Shown in pieces: positions 1 to 13,234 of a DNA stretch of 64,000 nt (position 1 is the first letter of the stretch; the number at the start of each line of letters is the position of its first letter). Under the pieces are notes generated by a model. It searched no databases and was not told the origin of the DNA. It saw only the letters and a program-made list of their open reading frames with translations. The stretch comes from Octopus bimaculoides. Taxonomy: Eukaryota. Both the position numbers and the translations under genes were made by a program. The stretch lies in the NCBI RefSeq assembly GCF_001194135.2, contig NC_068989.1, positions 50,450,901 through 50,514,900 on the forward strand. Reading direction: 5' to 3'.

Positions 1-174
1 ATGAAGCTCCCTCAAACTGAAAACCTGACCCGAGTGCTCACAGCAGAGTGAACTCTGCTAAAGGTAGCGAAGGACCGGCTAGTGATGTTACACTAGGCGA
101 CGGATTAAGTTGATCATACCGAAACATGCATCAGGTCTTCTTTGTATCACGCATGGGCTGTAAGCCTGTTGCTG

Positions 175-194
175 TACTACTACTACTACTACTA

Positions 195-259
<65 letters not shown>

Positions 260-265
260 GCTGCT
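175..265. repeat. (TAC)n microsatellite running into an assembly gap
   Basis: Direct reading: tactactac... then N-run. Confidence 0.95.
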
Positions 266-1029
266 NNNNNNNNNNNNNNNNNNNNNNNNNNNNNNNNNNN
301 NNNNNNNNNNNNNNNNNNNNNNNNNNNNNNNNNNNNNNNNNNNNNNNNNNNNNNNNNNNNNNNNNNNNNNNNNNNNNNNNNNNNNNNNNNNNNNNNNNNN
401 NNNNNNNNNNNNNNNNNNNNNNNNNNNNNNNNNNNNNNNNNNNNNNNNNNNNNNNNNNNNNNNNNNNNNNNNNNNNNNNNNNNNNNNNNNNNNNNNNNNN
501 NNNNNNNNNNNNNNNNNNNNNNNNNNNNNNNNNNNNNNNNNNNNNNNNNNNNNNNNNNNNNNNNNNNNNNNNNNNNNNNNNNNNNNNNNNNNNNNNNNNN
601 NNNNNNNNNNNNNNNNNNNNNNNNNNNNNNNNNNNNNNNNNNNNNNNNNNNNNNNNNNNNNNNNNNNNNNNNNNNNNNNNNNNNNNNNNNNNNNNNNNNN
701 NNNNNNNNNNNNNNNNNNNNNNNNNNNNNNNNNNNNNNNNNNNNNNNNNNNNNNNNNNNNNNNNNNNNNNNNNNNNNNNNNNNNNNNNNNNNNNNNNNNN
801 NNNNNNNNNNNNNNNNNNNNNNNNNNNNNNNNNNNNNNNNNNNNNNNNNNNNNNNNNNNNNNNNNNNNNNNNNNNNNNNNNNNNNNNNNNNNNNNNNNNN
901 NNNNNNNNNNNNNNNNNNNNNNNNNNNNNNAGGCATAACACCAACATGAACTTCTAACTTGTTGTCTCTTGAGGTCTCTGGGTGAGACTTGGATCCAACT
1001 TGTACAAATGCAAAGCAAAAATCAAACAT

Positions 1030-1047
1030 AAAATAATAATAATAATG

Positions 1048-1096
<49 letters not shown>

Positions 1097-1320
1097 TAAT
1101 AATAATAATAATAATAAAACGAAGAAGAAGAAGAAGAAGAAGAAGAAGAAGAAGAAGAAGAAGAAGAAGAAGAAGAAGAAGAAGAAGAAGAGGAGGAGGA
1201 AGAAGGAAACAAAAGATGAAACTAAACAAGATTCAAAAATAACTTTCAAAAATGAATGGAAATAATAATAATAATGGTAATAATGGTGATGGTGGTAATA
1301 ATGATAATAATAATTCAGCC
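1030..1320. repeat. Compound microsatellite (AAT)n-(AAG)n-(GAG)n...(AAT/GGT)n
   Basis: Direct reading. Confidence 0.95.
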
Positions 1321-2034
1321 AAAACTCATGTCGGATCATAGGAAATATTAGCAATAAGAAAGAGTAGTAAAAAAATGAAAACAATAATATTAATGATGAT
1401 AATAATAATAATGAAAGGAAGCGGTTGGAATCTCCCTATGCTCTGACTGATGATACATCTAGTGATGGTGTCACAGTAAAAACACTGGTAACGGAGCAAC
1501 TTGATAATCGCTACCTCATATGAGTGACAATGAAAAAACAAAATATTGTGAATGAAGGTGGTAATGAAACTGGAACTCTTGATGGTGACAGTGTTACACG
1601 TAGCAGGCTCAGAGATAGTGATCCGACTCCAGACTGTCGTTAATCAGCAAGATACCAGCACACATGGCGTAGATGGAACAAACAAGTCAATGCTATGTTC
1701 ATGGAGTCTTACTACCTGAGCAACCCCGTAGACGAAAATGGTGTTCATTTTCGGGGATACCGACAACGTGTGTACGATCAATGGAGGGAAAGAGGATTGT
1801 TTCAACTCACGGTACAGAAATTATGTGATCAAGCTAGAAGAATGAGAAAAAGTCGTTGGTTCGCAGAACTAGAGCTCGAAGCTATTCAAAGACGGTTATT
1901 GGAAAACAGCAGCAGAGGAAACGATGAAAATACAGTTCCTGCTGATAAAAGTACTAGAAAGTAAGAAAGACAAGGTGTTGTGGGACTTTAACATCCAGAC
2001 TGACATAGTAATAGAATCTAGAAGGCCTGAATTG

Positions 2035-2107
<73 letters not shown>

Positions 2108-2475
2108 ATAAAGAGAGTTGAAAGTGACAGATAATTGAGTTTTTATAACCCCAAATGATGAAAAAATTAATATGAGGAGTATAGAATAAAATAGCTAAGT
2201 ACCAGGACCTAGCTGTTGAATTACAGAGATTATGTAAAGTGCAGGTAAAATGTATCCCAGTAGTTATATGTGCATTGGGAACTACCCTTAAACATCTGAA
2301 CAGAGGGATAGAGGAAATAGACATAAAGCCTAGTGTTGTTAGGTACAACTAGGATAATTAGCTGGGGTCTTGGCATCTGAGGCTACTTGCTGTAACCCAA
2401 TAGGAGGATTTTTGGCATCTAAGGCCGATATTAGGATTCTTTACTTTTCCAACAGTCCAATTTGTTAAGTGTATA
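1321..2475 (+). mobile_element. Internally deleted R4/Dong-like (RLE) non-LTR retrotransposon
   Basis: N-terminal motif RWNKQVNAMFMESYYLSNPVDENG..GYRQRVYDQWRERGLF..QKLCDQARRMRKSRW..ELELEAI (1660-1900) is joined near 1945 directly to RLE-domain text KVLWDFNIQTD..RRPELV..DK and KIAKYQDLAVELQRLCKV..IPVVICALGT. No RT is present. Flanked by (AAT)n on both sides. Confidence 0.85.
2035..2106 (+). repeat. (GTA)24 expansion inside the RLE endonuclease RP(D/E)xVVV motif
   Basis: 72-nt pure GTA tract in frame between RRPEL and DKES. Confidence 0.9.
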
Positions 2476-2477
2476 CG

Positions 2478-2597
2478 AAAATAATAATAACAATAATAAT
2501 AATAATAATAATAATGATGATAATAATAATAACAACAACAACAACAATAATCATTATTTTATTATTATTATCATCATCATCGTCATCATCATCATCA

Positions 2598-2662
<65 letters not shown>

Positions 2663-2686
2663 GTTATTATCATCATTATTATTATT
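2478..2686. repeat. Compound (AAT)n/(AAC)n/(CAT)n/(ATT)n microsatellite
   Basis: Direct reading. Confidence 0.95.
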
Positions 2687-2689
2687 GTG

Positions 2690-2960
2690 GTGGTGACAGT
2701 GTCTCTGGGAAGATCTTCGAACACTTTGATTTTGGTCTCCAGCTCGGCCTTGGTGTTGCAGGCAGAGTGTTTGGGGTCTTTCTCAACCATGCCTCACACC
2801 TTATAATCCATTAGTTTACAAGGCCAGACATTGGGCTGATGAAGTTGTAGAAATTCTCTGACTATCTCCGAGGGTAAGACCAGGATCCGAACCCACTGTC
2901 TCAAACATATGGCTTTCCAGTAGCAATCTGCTCTAACCAGTCTCCAGCAGCAGCAGCTTC
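2690..2960 (-). mobile_element. Tc1/mariner-superfamily transposase C-terminal fragment (maT/DD37D-like), degraded
   Basis: Minus strand reads WLEQIATGKPYV*, SENFYNFISP, MDYKV*GMVEKDPKHSACNTKAELETKIKVFEDLPRDTV, resembling the QQDSAP...NPLDYxVWG region. Confidence 0.7.
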
Positions 2961-4539
2961 ACATTGCCGTCTTAGGCCCTGTTCATAGACGTGATGATTA
3001 ATTGCAGCGGGGACGCAGTCAGAACGGCCTCTGTGTTACCTCTTGCTGGCCACCGTGTCGTAGTCTCCGTTGCAGCTGTCTATGCAAAGGTCTTACAAAC
3101 TTTATTGTATACACAGAACATTCAGCAGTAATCATAAATTCGGCATTTTGATAATGACGCGAATCACCACGATACAGGTAACTGTCTTCCAATAGTCAGA
3201 TGACTTCAGCAATTCAAGTGAGCTAAAGTTTTCTCAATTACAAATGTTATGCTCTCCAAGGCCGTGGATTATTCACTAATACATCAACATGTTCCTAAAT
3301 AAAAGGAGACAGAACATATCGTCGAATTTACCCCGACCACCTTGCATGTGTACACACAAACACTCACACACACACCTGGTAGCCGCATAACCAGTCAAAT
3401 CTCACTGCTAGAAGCATATGTAATTTCAGGTGACTGTTCAAGAACTGATGTTCCAAATAACCAGCAGGTTTGTTAAAAGTTAATTATTAGCGACAGAAGC
3501 AATAAAAATTCGAAAAGTCGGTCTCTTGGTGCGATGTAACGTAGACGAATTGTTAGAGCTGAATACTGTGTTATTTACCTTGACAGGATCTCTGATTTGG
3601 ACGCATGAGACATAAAAGCATATATGTATATATATCGCTGGCATACAAGAATCATCCGCTACACCCGTCGCAATACTACTAATGTCGATAATAATTATAT
3701 TTTAATAATCCTGTTGGGTATCTTTGAGATCAGAGCATGAATAGTCACTCAAATTCATATACCGTTAGCAGTGAGATTTGACTGGTATGCGGCTGCCAGA
3801 CATCTGCCACTGAAGAGATTAAGCACATCGAAATCACATGATCCTGCGGTTTTGGCGCCCGTAGTAGGCCAGCGATTTAAATATGCGTGCTTTTATGCAC
3901 CGGGCGTCCATATGAGGGATAGTCCCAAGGTAAATAGTGCAGTATTCGGTGCTCTGACAATGCATCCGTGTTAACTTAGATATAAGGATTGACTCCTGCA
4001 ATTAATACTGCTTCTTTGGCGAATAACCTTTTAAGAAGGCTGCTGGCTACTGACGACATCATTTCTTGAATATTCACTTAAATTCCATATACTTTTGGCA
4101 CTGAAATTTGACTGGTATGCTGCTATAGGTTATATACTGCCTAGAACATGTTCTCACATATCTTAAAGAAACCTTCTAAGACTTCTTGCAGAATACATGG
4201 TGGTACATGTCTGCTGATCGACAATGAGTGTCTTAATTCCAGGAAACTCTCTGTTACGTAGATAGGAACTTGACTGTCAAACACACCAATTACCACAAGA
4301 GCAATTGCCAACTTTATTTTGTAGGATATTTCTATCTCTCAGGCTATGGATGATGCACTCTTTAGCAAATTTATTGCAGTATCTATAATTTTCACTGTCT
4401 TTTTCTCCCTGTACAATCATATCTGGTTCTATTGCCTCAACAGCACGGTACTCAATCGTACGTAAATCTCCTAAAGTCCTGTGATCATTCACTATCACAA
4501 CCTCTCTCTTCCGTTTATATTATGATTTATTACTATGAA

Positions 4540-4564
4540 CGTTGTTGTTGCTATTATTATTATG

Positions 4565-4647
<83 letters not shown>

Positions 4648-4690
4648 TATTATTATTATTATTAGTAGTAGTAGTAGTAGTAGCAGCAGC
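4540..4690. repeat. Compound (TAT)/(AAT)n/(TAG)n/(CAG) microsatellite
   Basis: Direct reading. Confidence 0.95.
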
Positions 4691-5252
4691 AGGAGTAACT
4701 GTCGTTGTGATAGTAGTAATATTTGCATAGCTTCAAATGAGTTTCCATGTCGCATTAATTACATATCTGAGAATGGTATTAAGTCTCATTTAGGCAAACA
4801 TTATAACAAGTTATTCATCAATATACGATGAAATATGATTAAAACTAAACAAACGGAAAAAAAACTAAATGATAAAACTCTGCGTTCACTTACAAACAAA
4901 ATTGTTAATATAAATGAAAAAAAAACCGCATTGAATAGTCCCAACACTTTCTTTTGTTTTTTTCAATGGTATCTTGTTTTGCATAATTTTGTTTCATTGG
5001 TTTGTTTCCTTTTCTGTCTAACTGTATCAATAAATACTGTAATATACTAAGTTTATGATTTGTTGACACAGTAAAAGTAAATTATAAAAACAATCACGTC
5101 TAAAACATTGAAATTCTAATTTGTTTGATATGAGGACAGATTTATGAAATTTGCTTTATTTCAGAATTAATGAAAATAACAACACCGGCAGTAAAGAATG
5201 GAAGAAAAATCATCGGCAGTGATGGGTGAATAGATTTAAAGTTGGTACGAAT

Positions 5253-5417
5253 ACGTGCAAGAGTGCCTGTAGTGTAAGAACTTTGCTTCCTAGCCACATG
5301 GTCCAGGGTTCAGCCCCACTGAGTGGCACCTCGGTGAAGTGACTTCTTCGATAATACCAGATCGACCAAAGCCTTGCGATTGGACTGGTAGATATAATGT
5401 GAAAAAATTCCATTGTG

Positions 5418-5484
<67 letters not shown>

Positions 5485-5514
5485 CGGAAACTGAAAGAAG
5501 CCCATCATGTATAA

Positions 5515-5549
<35 letters not shown>

Positions 5550-5740
5550 ATTATATCGTTGTGTCCTCGCGGCCATCGCTTTACAACTGGTGTTTGTTCT
5601 GTTTACGAAGCCGTATCCACGAAACTTTCTAAAAAAAAAGCAGATCACTAGAAACATTACCGGACTTTGGCATTGCGTAATGATGACAATTTACAAGACT
5701 TGGCCCTTCAAGGCAGTGCTCCAGAACACCGCAGCAAGCG
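5253..5740 (+). mobile_element. tRNA-derived SINE family A copy with internal (TA)n/(TG)n expansion
   Basis: Aligns by eye with 60193-60605 and with the reverse of 34932-35085 (ccacatggt..gggttcag.cccact..gtggcacct...gaccaaagcctt...ggaaactgaaagaagccc...gcagtgctccag). Confidence 0.8.
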
Positions 5741-7148
5741 ACGAAGTCAACCCATTTCTAATGAAATAACTTGCAGTCGTAGGAGATAGAATAACCGGTG
5801 TCAGTTTGAAACTAGATACGTAGAAAGTCAATTTCATTGCTTTGGCTGGCGTCGTTGAAACTGGTTCGGTCTATTGGCTAGATGAAAGTAACTGAGATGA
5901 GATTAGACGATGAGCAGGCTATGTCAAGTATGAACTGCAGCAAACTATCCAGGAAACGTCTTATACTTTTGACGAACAGAAATATCGCCTCTGTTATAAA
6001 GCATAATTTAACCGTCGTACATTGCTCCATTTTTTTGCCTGATCGGACTGGAGATGGTTCGTTTTCTCATAAAGAACTGCTTCCACTGGTAAGGTGTATC
6101 CTCTGCTACCGAGAACCTCTGCTTTGGAAATTTAAAATACTGAAGTTGTTGATGCACAACTACACATCGAAGCCACGGACTTTTAAAACAATCATTGGAT
6201 ATGGCTGCCGTTAGTCAGGCAAATTTTCCAAACGCCCGTATCTTTGTAGTCTGGTTGAGCAAATCATATGACTGAGTACTTGGCGGGTGGAACACTGTAA
6301 ATCAATTACAGCCTTTTCTAGTTGGGTAATTCAGCTGGTGGAACTTGCAAGATGTACATTCTATCAAAGACTAGTGGTAGGGATAGGTGAAAATGTTATG
6401 CTAAAAATTACGGAGTTCAAGAAAAATCAACTGGCATTCTCTTTCAGAGGACTCTAGGCCAAGGGACTATTGAGAACTTTCCGAAGTTACTGACGTAGAG
6501 TGCTAATGGAGATTATTTCGGATACGAGTTAACCTTTATGGTTATGGGAGTAACCGTAACCAGGATTTTAAGAAATGTGAACAAGGCGTCGGTGAAATTC
6601 TTGAAGAAATCCTGCTATCGCTCATATCCATTTGCAGTAATGCTCGCCAGCAGGTAGTTTTCACTGCCTGTTGGCAATGCAGACATAGTTTGCCTGGTGG
6701 ATGCTGCTGTAATGTCTGGATGTAGGCAATTTCTTGTTCTGCTAATCTACATCTTGTTTTGCAACTGCTACATGTAATGAGGATGAAAATGGGCAAGAAG
6801 TTGTTGCCCTCCTGAAATTTTGTTTCAAGAAAGCATTAAACAGCAAGCAGACAAGACTAAAAGACCAACAGACAGGACACAACCTAACAACAAAGAGAAC
6901 ATAAATAACACCAACTAAATATACGGCTCGCACAACAACAATAGCAACAAACTTCCCCTACATTTACGTGTGCTAGTGAAAACAAAAATCTGCATCAGGT
7001 CATCTAGATCATATCTAGAGACAGTCTTCTGTGGTATTGAGCAGAATATTTGCCGTAGCCTATATTTTATACTAAGACAAAATAAAACATACTGACACTT
7101 CCAGTCATTTAAGATCAGAAGCTATGAGAGCCAATACCTAGTACTGGG

Positions 7149-7212
<64 letters not shown>

Positions 7213-7329
7213 TATTATCATATTAATATTGCATAATTTCTGGATCTTTGAACAGGATTGTAATATTTTAAGTTAGTTGCTAATTTGATAAGATTGATCG
7301 AATGTTTGGTAGCATAAAACATCTAATGG

Positions 7330-9060
7330 GGAAAGGAACGCGAGCGATAATGTCTGTAATATGTTATACAATGCGCAGCACGACAGTGGCATAGCCTGTT
7401 AAGAACAATAAATTTTCACCAAAATATTCTAGAAAGTGTCTACGAAGATTTATTTCTACAACAGCGAAAGCTCTACGAGACATTAATAATAGGGGAAAGG
7501 GAAGATGTCTATCTACCTCAAGGACGTTTAACTGTGATTCGAAAATTGTCGGTTATGCTGAAGCCCTTGAACTTGAAATATTAGTAGCAGAACCAGAAAA
7601 TCTGATTAAATCTAATCATATTCATTCTCATGGTTTTTACTAATCTTATAAAATTGGAATTAAAGCATTGAATGTAATATATATGTCAATCAGTTAAAGC
7701 TAAAAGAGGACATACATTCATCCGAGTAGCACAAAATTGCATTACAATGTTTTAATTATTTAACACAAAGCTTAATGCATGGGAATGATTGATATCTAAA
7801 TTTTAGATTGAAAAATCTGCAGAAAATTACCGATCCTCATAACGTCATTGTGGTACAGGTAAATAGAAGCACATGTAGATGTTGTTCTAAATGTCAATAT
7901 TGTGAATGTAAGCATGCACAAATTTGCACTTCTTGAAGAAAATTCATCTTAAAATTTTGGAAAAAATGTCATTGTTGGGCAGTATTCTAATCCACGATGA
8001 ATGGTTGAGGAAGCTAAAACAGAATTTTGCGAGTATTTAGGAAATACTTCTATGATCAGTGTAAAACTCAATAATGTTTATGGTGAAATGCAAATTAAGA
8101 CTGACAACCAAGCAATTATAATGCCTCTTAAATCCTGATGGATTTGAATAAACCGAAATTTTGAAAATGTAATCTCAAACTAAAATAATTTGATGGATTA
8201 TTCATTGGAATTGTTGGGAAGTTTTACACATTATTGGAAACTGATAAGACGATAGATGGTGTGCGTGTTGTTGATGTGGAATGTAATAAAAATATCATGG
8301 CTTGTTTGGTATGGACGTGATGAATACTGATAGTTCAACATTAACTCTTGTGACTGAAGCTCCAGGATAATTTTGGAGTATAAAATGATTTAAGCATAAC
8401 AATCTTCAGAAAGGAAATTAATATCAGGCCATGTTCTTTCTATCCAAGAATATTGTCAATAGACATTGAACCATTAGTCATAATGATATTGAAGAAACTA
8501 ATTAAGAATGTTCTGTGAACTGTTCCTATTCGTAAATGTGCCTCTCCGATATTTGCTCTGACCAAGGCTGAGTGAAATTTTAGAATATAAGGAAACTATA
8601 AAATATGTTAAAAGAAAGAGTCTGTTCTGATTTTTATCCAAATATTGAATCGATCCATTAATGTCTTTCGAACATGAATTAGTTTCCTAAATTCAAATTA
8701 AAGGTATATTATCAGATAGAAATGTCTAAAATACACTAATAGGTCCTTTTACAATAACAAAGGTGAACGTAGCTTCAATAGGAAATTAAAGCAGGCAGTA
8801 CTACGCGTCAGAGATCATTTGAACATGTTGATGTGGTATGGCATTTATACTGATATTATTTATGAAGATGAAATATTTATTGGTGTTAAAACTTTTGGAA
8901 ATCTATATATCAAAGTAGATAAGATCATAAAAGTTTAGAATTATCAGACACGGTGATTAATTGCGATAAATGTGTTAGAGACTGATTAATTGTCTTCAGA
9001 GAATATAGACTAACAAAGGAAAATATATCAGCAGATCATTGTTCAGTAGTAAGAAGTATA
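7330..9060 (+). mobile_element. Highly decayed Ty3/Gypsy-like gag-pol remnant
   Basis: Protease-like VKLNNVYGEMQIKTDNQAII (~8080) and RT-start-like KCASPIFALTKAE*NFRI*GNYK (~8535-8600) occur in Gypsy order; many stops. Confidence 0.4.
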
Positions 9061-9599
9061 GACGTAAAATCTACCAAGGGATAAGAAGTAATTAGAGTCT
9101 TTTCTCTGACTTGTTAATTTCTCTGGAAGTGGCTCTGGCTATTATTTTGACTGTATTCGCACTTGTATTGTTTCGTGAACCTGATGTCCCATTTTCATTG
9201 AGAACGTAATCACAGAATGTATTGGAGTACACCAATCTGATACTAGTATTGAAGTCAGTGATCCATCTATTTATGATGTCACAAAATAACTTAACAATTG
9301 ATGGAAATGAAAAGTCAATATCAGGAATAATTTCATAAAGAAGTTGAAAGAGGAACCTGAAGTATGGAGAAAGGCACAGGGGCACGGCATGTTTTGGTTG
9401 GCGTAATGTTTATATTGGTCTTAAGTTATAGGTCACTAGAATTTATTTGAAGCATTTGTGGTTTGTCGAAGTTAGTATCTACTCAATTTATGTGATCTTA
9501 AAAATGATAGTATTTCAGAAGGTAATATCTTATGGAAACAGTTCACAAATAGTACCCGTTAATACTGACTTATATACTAATAATGCTGCTTTTGATTAA

Positions 9600-9960
9600 A
9601 ACGTATCGAGTCGGTGATGGTATTTCATCTATTCTTCATTTGAGCAAGCTGATCTCCAAGAGGACAGTCAAAGTAAAGCTTATAAATCTTCTTGATCTCT
9701 GGTGTTATTGTACCTTTTTGAGCCTTCACAATAAATTGTCCACAGACATAACAAAACATGCCAGGACGATTTCTACACTGTCTTGACATTGTTAATATTG
9801 TAAGACAAGTAAGGAAATAGATACAAACGGTTATACTTAGATTGAATTTGAGATTATGAAACATTTCATCAGGCCAATTATGACTGGACAATTTGAGATG
9901 TTGAAATATCTATTTCATCAGAAAAAAACTTGATTGGTTAATTTAAGATGATGAAATATT
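9600..9960 (-). mobile_element. Chapaev3-like (CMC) DNA transposon, 5' transposase fragment
   Basis: MSRQCRNRPGMFCYVCGQFIVKAQKGTITPEIKKIYKLYFDCPLGDQ matches the FCYxCG...YFG..GDQ N-terminus I recognise for Chapaev3 transposases. Confidence 0.65.
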
Positions 9961-10019
9961 GCATCTGAATTATGCAGCAATGAATAATGTAGTTTATTAT
10001 AAATGTGTTTCCATGTTGT

Positions 10020-10208
10020 AAATTAAATAAATGCATATACGTCATTAACAAGAATTTCTATATAATGTTTGAGCTAAAACACCAAACTTCCTCATCTTGA
10101 AAACTGTACGTGATGTCAAAACACTAATTGTATATTTGAAATCAGCATTGAAAACTACATTAAGTACACCTTGACATATGATTGATGAAACATGTTTGTT
10201 GACCAGGG
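10020..10208 (+). mobile_element. Probable Chapaev3-like terminal fragment
   Basis: ...gtacgtgatg...atttgaaatcagcattgaaaactacatt...tgtttgttgaccagg resembles Chapaev3 3' termini (recall, not a search). Confidence 0.35.
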
Positions 10209-10476
10209 TAAACTTAAACTAACGATGATGACGATCCACGGGCTTCAAATTGTAGCATTAAATTCAGTAACAACAGCATTTTTGAGTATGATCCACTTCC
10301 ATATTCCTAGTGATGGTCACAGTCGTTGACGTCAAGTCTTCTTTGTTGTCTTGATCGTTTGTTGTTATCGCCTTTGACGTCGTCGTATAATTAGTAATAG
10401 TATACCTTTGGGGCGCTGGCAGAATCATTTGCATGTCGCACAAAATGCTCAGTAGCATTTCTACAGGCTCTTCACG

Positions 10477-10617
10477 TTCTGAGTTTAAATTCAGCGGAAT
10501 TCAGCTTTTCTTTTCATTATTTATGAGTCGGTAAAACAAGTACCGGTCCAATATTGGGATGATGTAATCGAATTATCTCCTTCTGTGACATTGCTAGCCT
10601 TGTACCAAAATTTGAAA
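10477..10617 (+). mobile_element. SINE family B fragment
   Basis: ttctgagtttaaattc...aaacaagtaccgg...gatgtaatcgaatta...ccttgtaccaaaatttgaaa, similar to 60856-61060. Confidence 0.6.
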
Positions 10618-13234
10618 AGATGATGATGATGATGCGAAGTCGTATCAGCCTAATTAGGTAGGAAGATACATATTGGCACGCGTACCAACATCGGTATCAT
10701 GGAGAGAGAGGCCTTCATGCATACACCAATTCTAGGGTCCATAAAAAAATATGAAAGACGTGCAAAAAAGCATGTGCAAAATATGGCCACCATAGGCCGA
10801 CGGAGGTCCTGTATATTAAAGTACATCCTGCCCTATCTTTTTTATGTTTCCTCTGATTAAACAATCTGATGAGCGCCCTCCTTTTCATGGCATTGGAATT
10901 TCATGATAGAGACTTTGACTGCTATTTCCTACATGCTGAGCAACCATGTGGGGACTTTTTCGTTTAAAAGCAATACCACGTAGATGGGGATATACAGAAG
11001 GGGACAAACGTTTTTTTTTTTCTTTGCTGCCTTCTACAATGTTTGGCTTTATTACAAGCAATCGGCCCACGTCACTGGTGGAAAATTAACTTTGTTTCTT
11101 CATCTTCCAGACTTTGAGGCCCAATAAATTTAAATGGTAAAATATGTTTTCTCTCTACTTCTCAGACCAACTGGTGAAAAGAAACCCAGAAAACAAAGAG
11201 ATGAAAGACATATTTTCCTGACATTATCTCCTGTAGTGATCTTTTCATTACTGGTTGTAAACCAACGCAAATTCAGTAACCAACCACGAAGTAATCCGTT
11301 CTTACCATAAATAATGTGTATAGAATATTTGGTTGCGACTTACAGACATGAAATTCAATTTCTTGAAGGTCAGGTGGGATTGAAAAATCGCCGTTTTTTT
11401 TTTTTTTTTGTAATTACATATCAGATACCATCATTGCAGATGTTTTGTAATTTACCTTATCATCTTGTGTATTGTAGAATATTGGGAATAGAGTACAGTA
11501 TCAAATGTAGAACAAGCTAAACATGTGGGATGATGTGGTAGTGTGTGCAAAACTGAGGTTGTGTACTACTTAGGTTATTTCCTTTCTAACTTCCATATTC
11601 ACCTCTGTCAACATTCAGAATGTTCTTCTTTTAATTCCATATTTCCAACCAGTTTCAAAGATTTAGAGCTTTAAATTACATCCAAGTATTTAATTTGTAT
11701 CATTCTAATACGTGGCTATCTTTTTCAAGCTGGTTTCTCTTTATCAAAGCTCACCAGTAATTTTATTTCATATATGCTTAAAAATCAGTTTATATTTTAT
11801 CCATCAGTGATAACTTCACTGACAATTGAATTATTTACCAGAGCACCAGAAAATGTCCGGCTATGGTCATGCGATTGATATTTACTTTTATATGCTCTGT
11901 ATGAGCTACTAGCAGTTACCTGCGAAACAGTGTCCTTAACATACCAGATTTATTTCCATTAACATTTGGAAACATCTGTGTGAGAGAAAGTGTTAAAACA
12001 AACTCAATAAAATAAAATATGTACCATGTTTTAAAGCATATACACCGCACTTAACAATGGATAATGGTAGCCAAGATTCAGTAAATTAAATATTTCAAAT
12101 ACAGGCAGATACCTATTCACACATATATAAACACACTCAAACATGAGTCTGTGCGTCTGGATGCGTGTATATATATTGACGATTGTGTGTGTGTGTGTGT
12201 GCGTGTGTGTGTGTGTGTGTGTGAATATATGCATGTGGTTGTGTTTGTGTGTGCGTGATTTCACAAAGCTTATCAACTCCAAATGCGATGAATGGAAGTT
12301 TGATGGAAAGAAGAAAGACGAATAGAGTAAAAAGGATTGAAAATCCATGCAAAGATAAGTGAATCACAGCAGAAACATGTTAATCCTTTTTATAGAAATT
12401 CTACTTACAATTGAAAACCGTTAATGATTATCACACAATGCTTATTTACATTGCTATATATTAAAATTCTCTCTCTACGCTCTCGGCAAAATCAGAGGAA
12501 TAGAAATTATAAAACCAAAATGATTTCTGGTTTGGAGATTTAGAAAATTCTTCATACAATTAATTGAATATGAAAATGAAATTATTTGAAATAAAATAGT
12601 TTAAAATTTTACTCACACACACACGCGAAAGCACACACACATATATATATACAGCAACAATTACACACACATACATATAAATGTACATACACATACACAA
12701 GCGCACAGTCACACACACATGCGCACACAAACACTCAGACACACACAATCACATGCACACACATACACTCACGCACACAAGCACATATACTGGGTCTAAA
12801 ACATATGCTACCATCATTTTAAGAATTTCTTAAAGTTTGACTTAAATAATATCGGTAAGGCGATAAAAGATACGTACGAACGGAAATTCTCATGAGATTT
12901 ACTGATTAATCAGAGAAATATATTGCTCAAAGTATTTATTTCGTAATAAATGAAAAGCTGAATGAAATTTTGCTTTATAAAATTGTTCTATACATCATTG
13001 ATTTTTCGCAAATACCTTAAAGTTTTATGTTCATTTTTTCCCCTTTGTTATGTGCAGTGTTTTATATTCGCTGTCGTTATACACGTATGTATACTGACAT
13101 CGCATGTGCATGGATAACACTGTATATATATATATATATATANNNNNNNNNNNNNNNNNNNNNNNNNNNNNNNNNNNNNNNNNNNNNNNNNNNNNNNNNN
13201 NNNNNNNNNNNNNNNTATATATGTATGTATGTAT

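Noticed and set aside
1-170. Two small hairpins (agcagag/ctctgct; ctagtg/cactag) before (TAC)n
   Set aside because: The sequence is truncated by the window edge; it may be a LINE 3'UTR but cannot be assigned.
88-1242. Long ORFs with poly-S/Y/L/V/I and X runs (also at 14.1, 23.0, 28.5, 34.4, 45.4, 52.8-54.7, 56.0 and 62.0 kb)
   Set aside because: They are artefacts of microsatellites and N-gaps, which contain no stop codons.
4140-4500. Coding-like minus-strand text (MIVNDHRTLGDLRTIEYRAVEAIEPD..)
   Set aside because: No motif recognised and frames are interrupted.
11839-11980. Possible minus-strand exon(s) (VTASSSYRAY.. or MFPNVNGNK..)
   Set aside because: There are several mutually exclusive splice options and no recognisable protein, so this cannot be supported.
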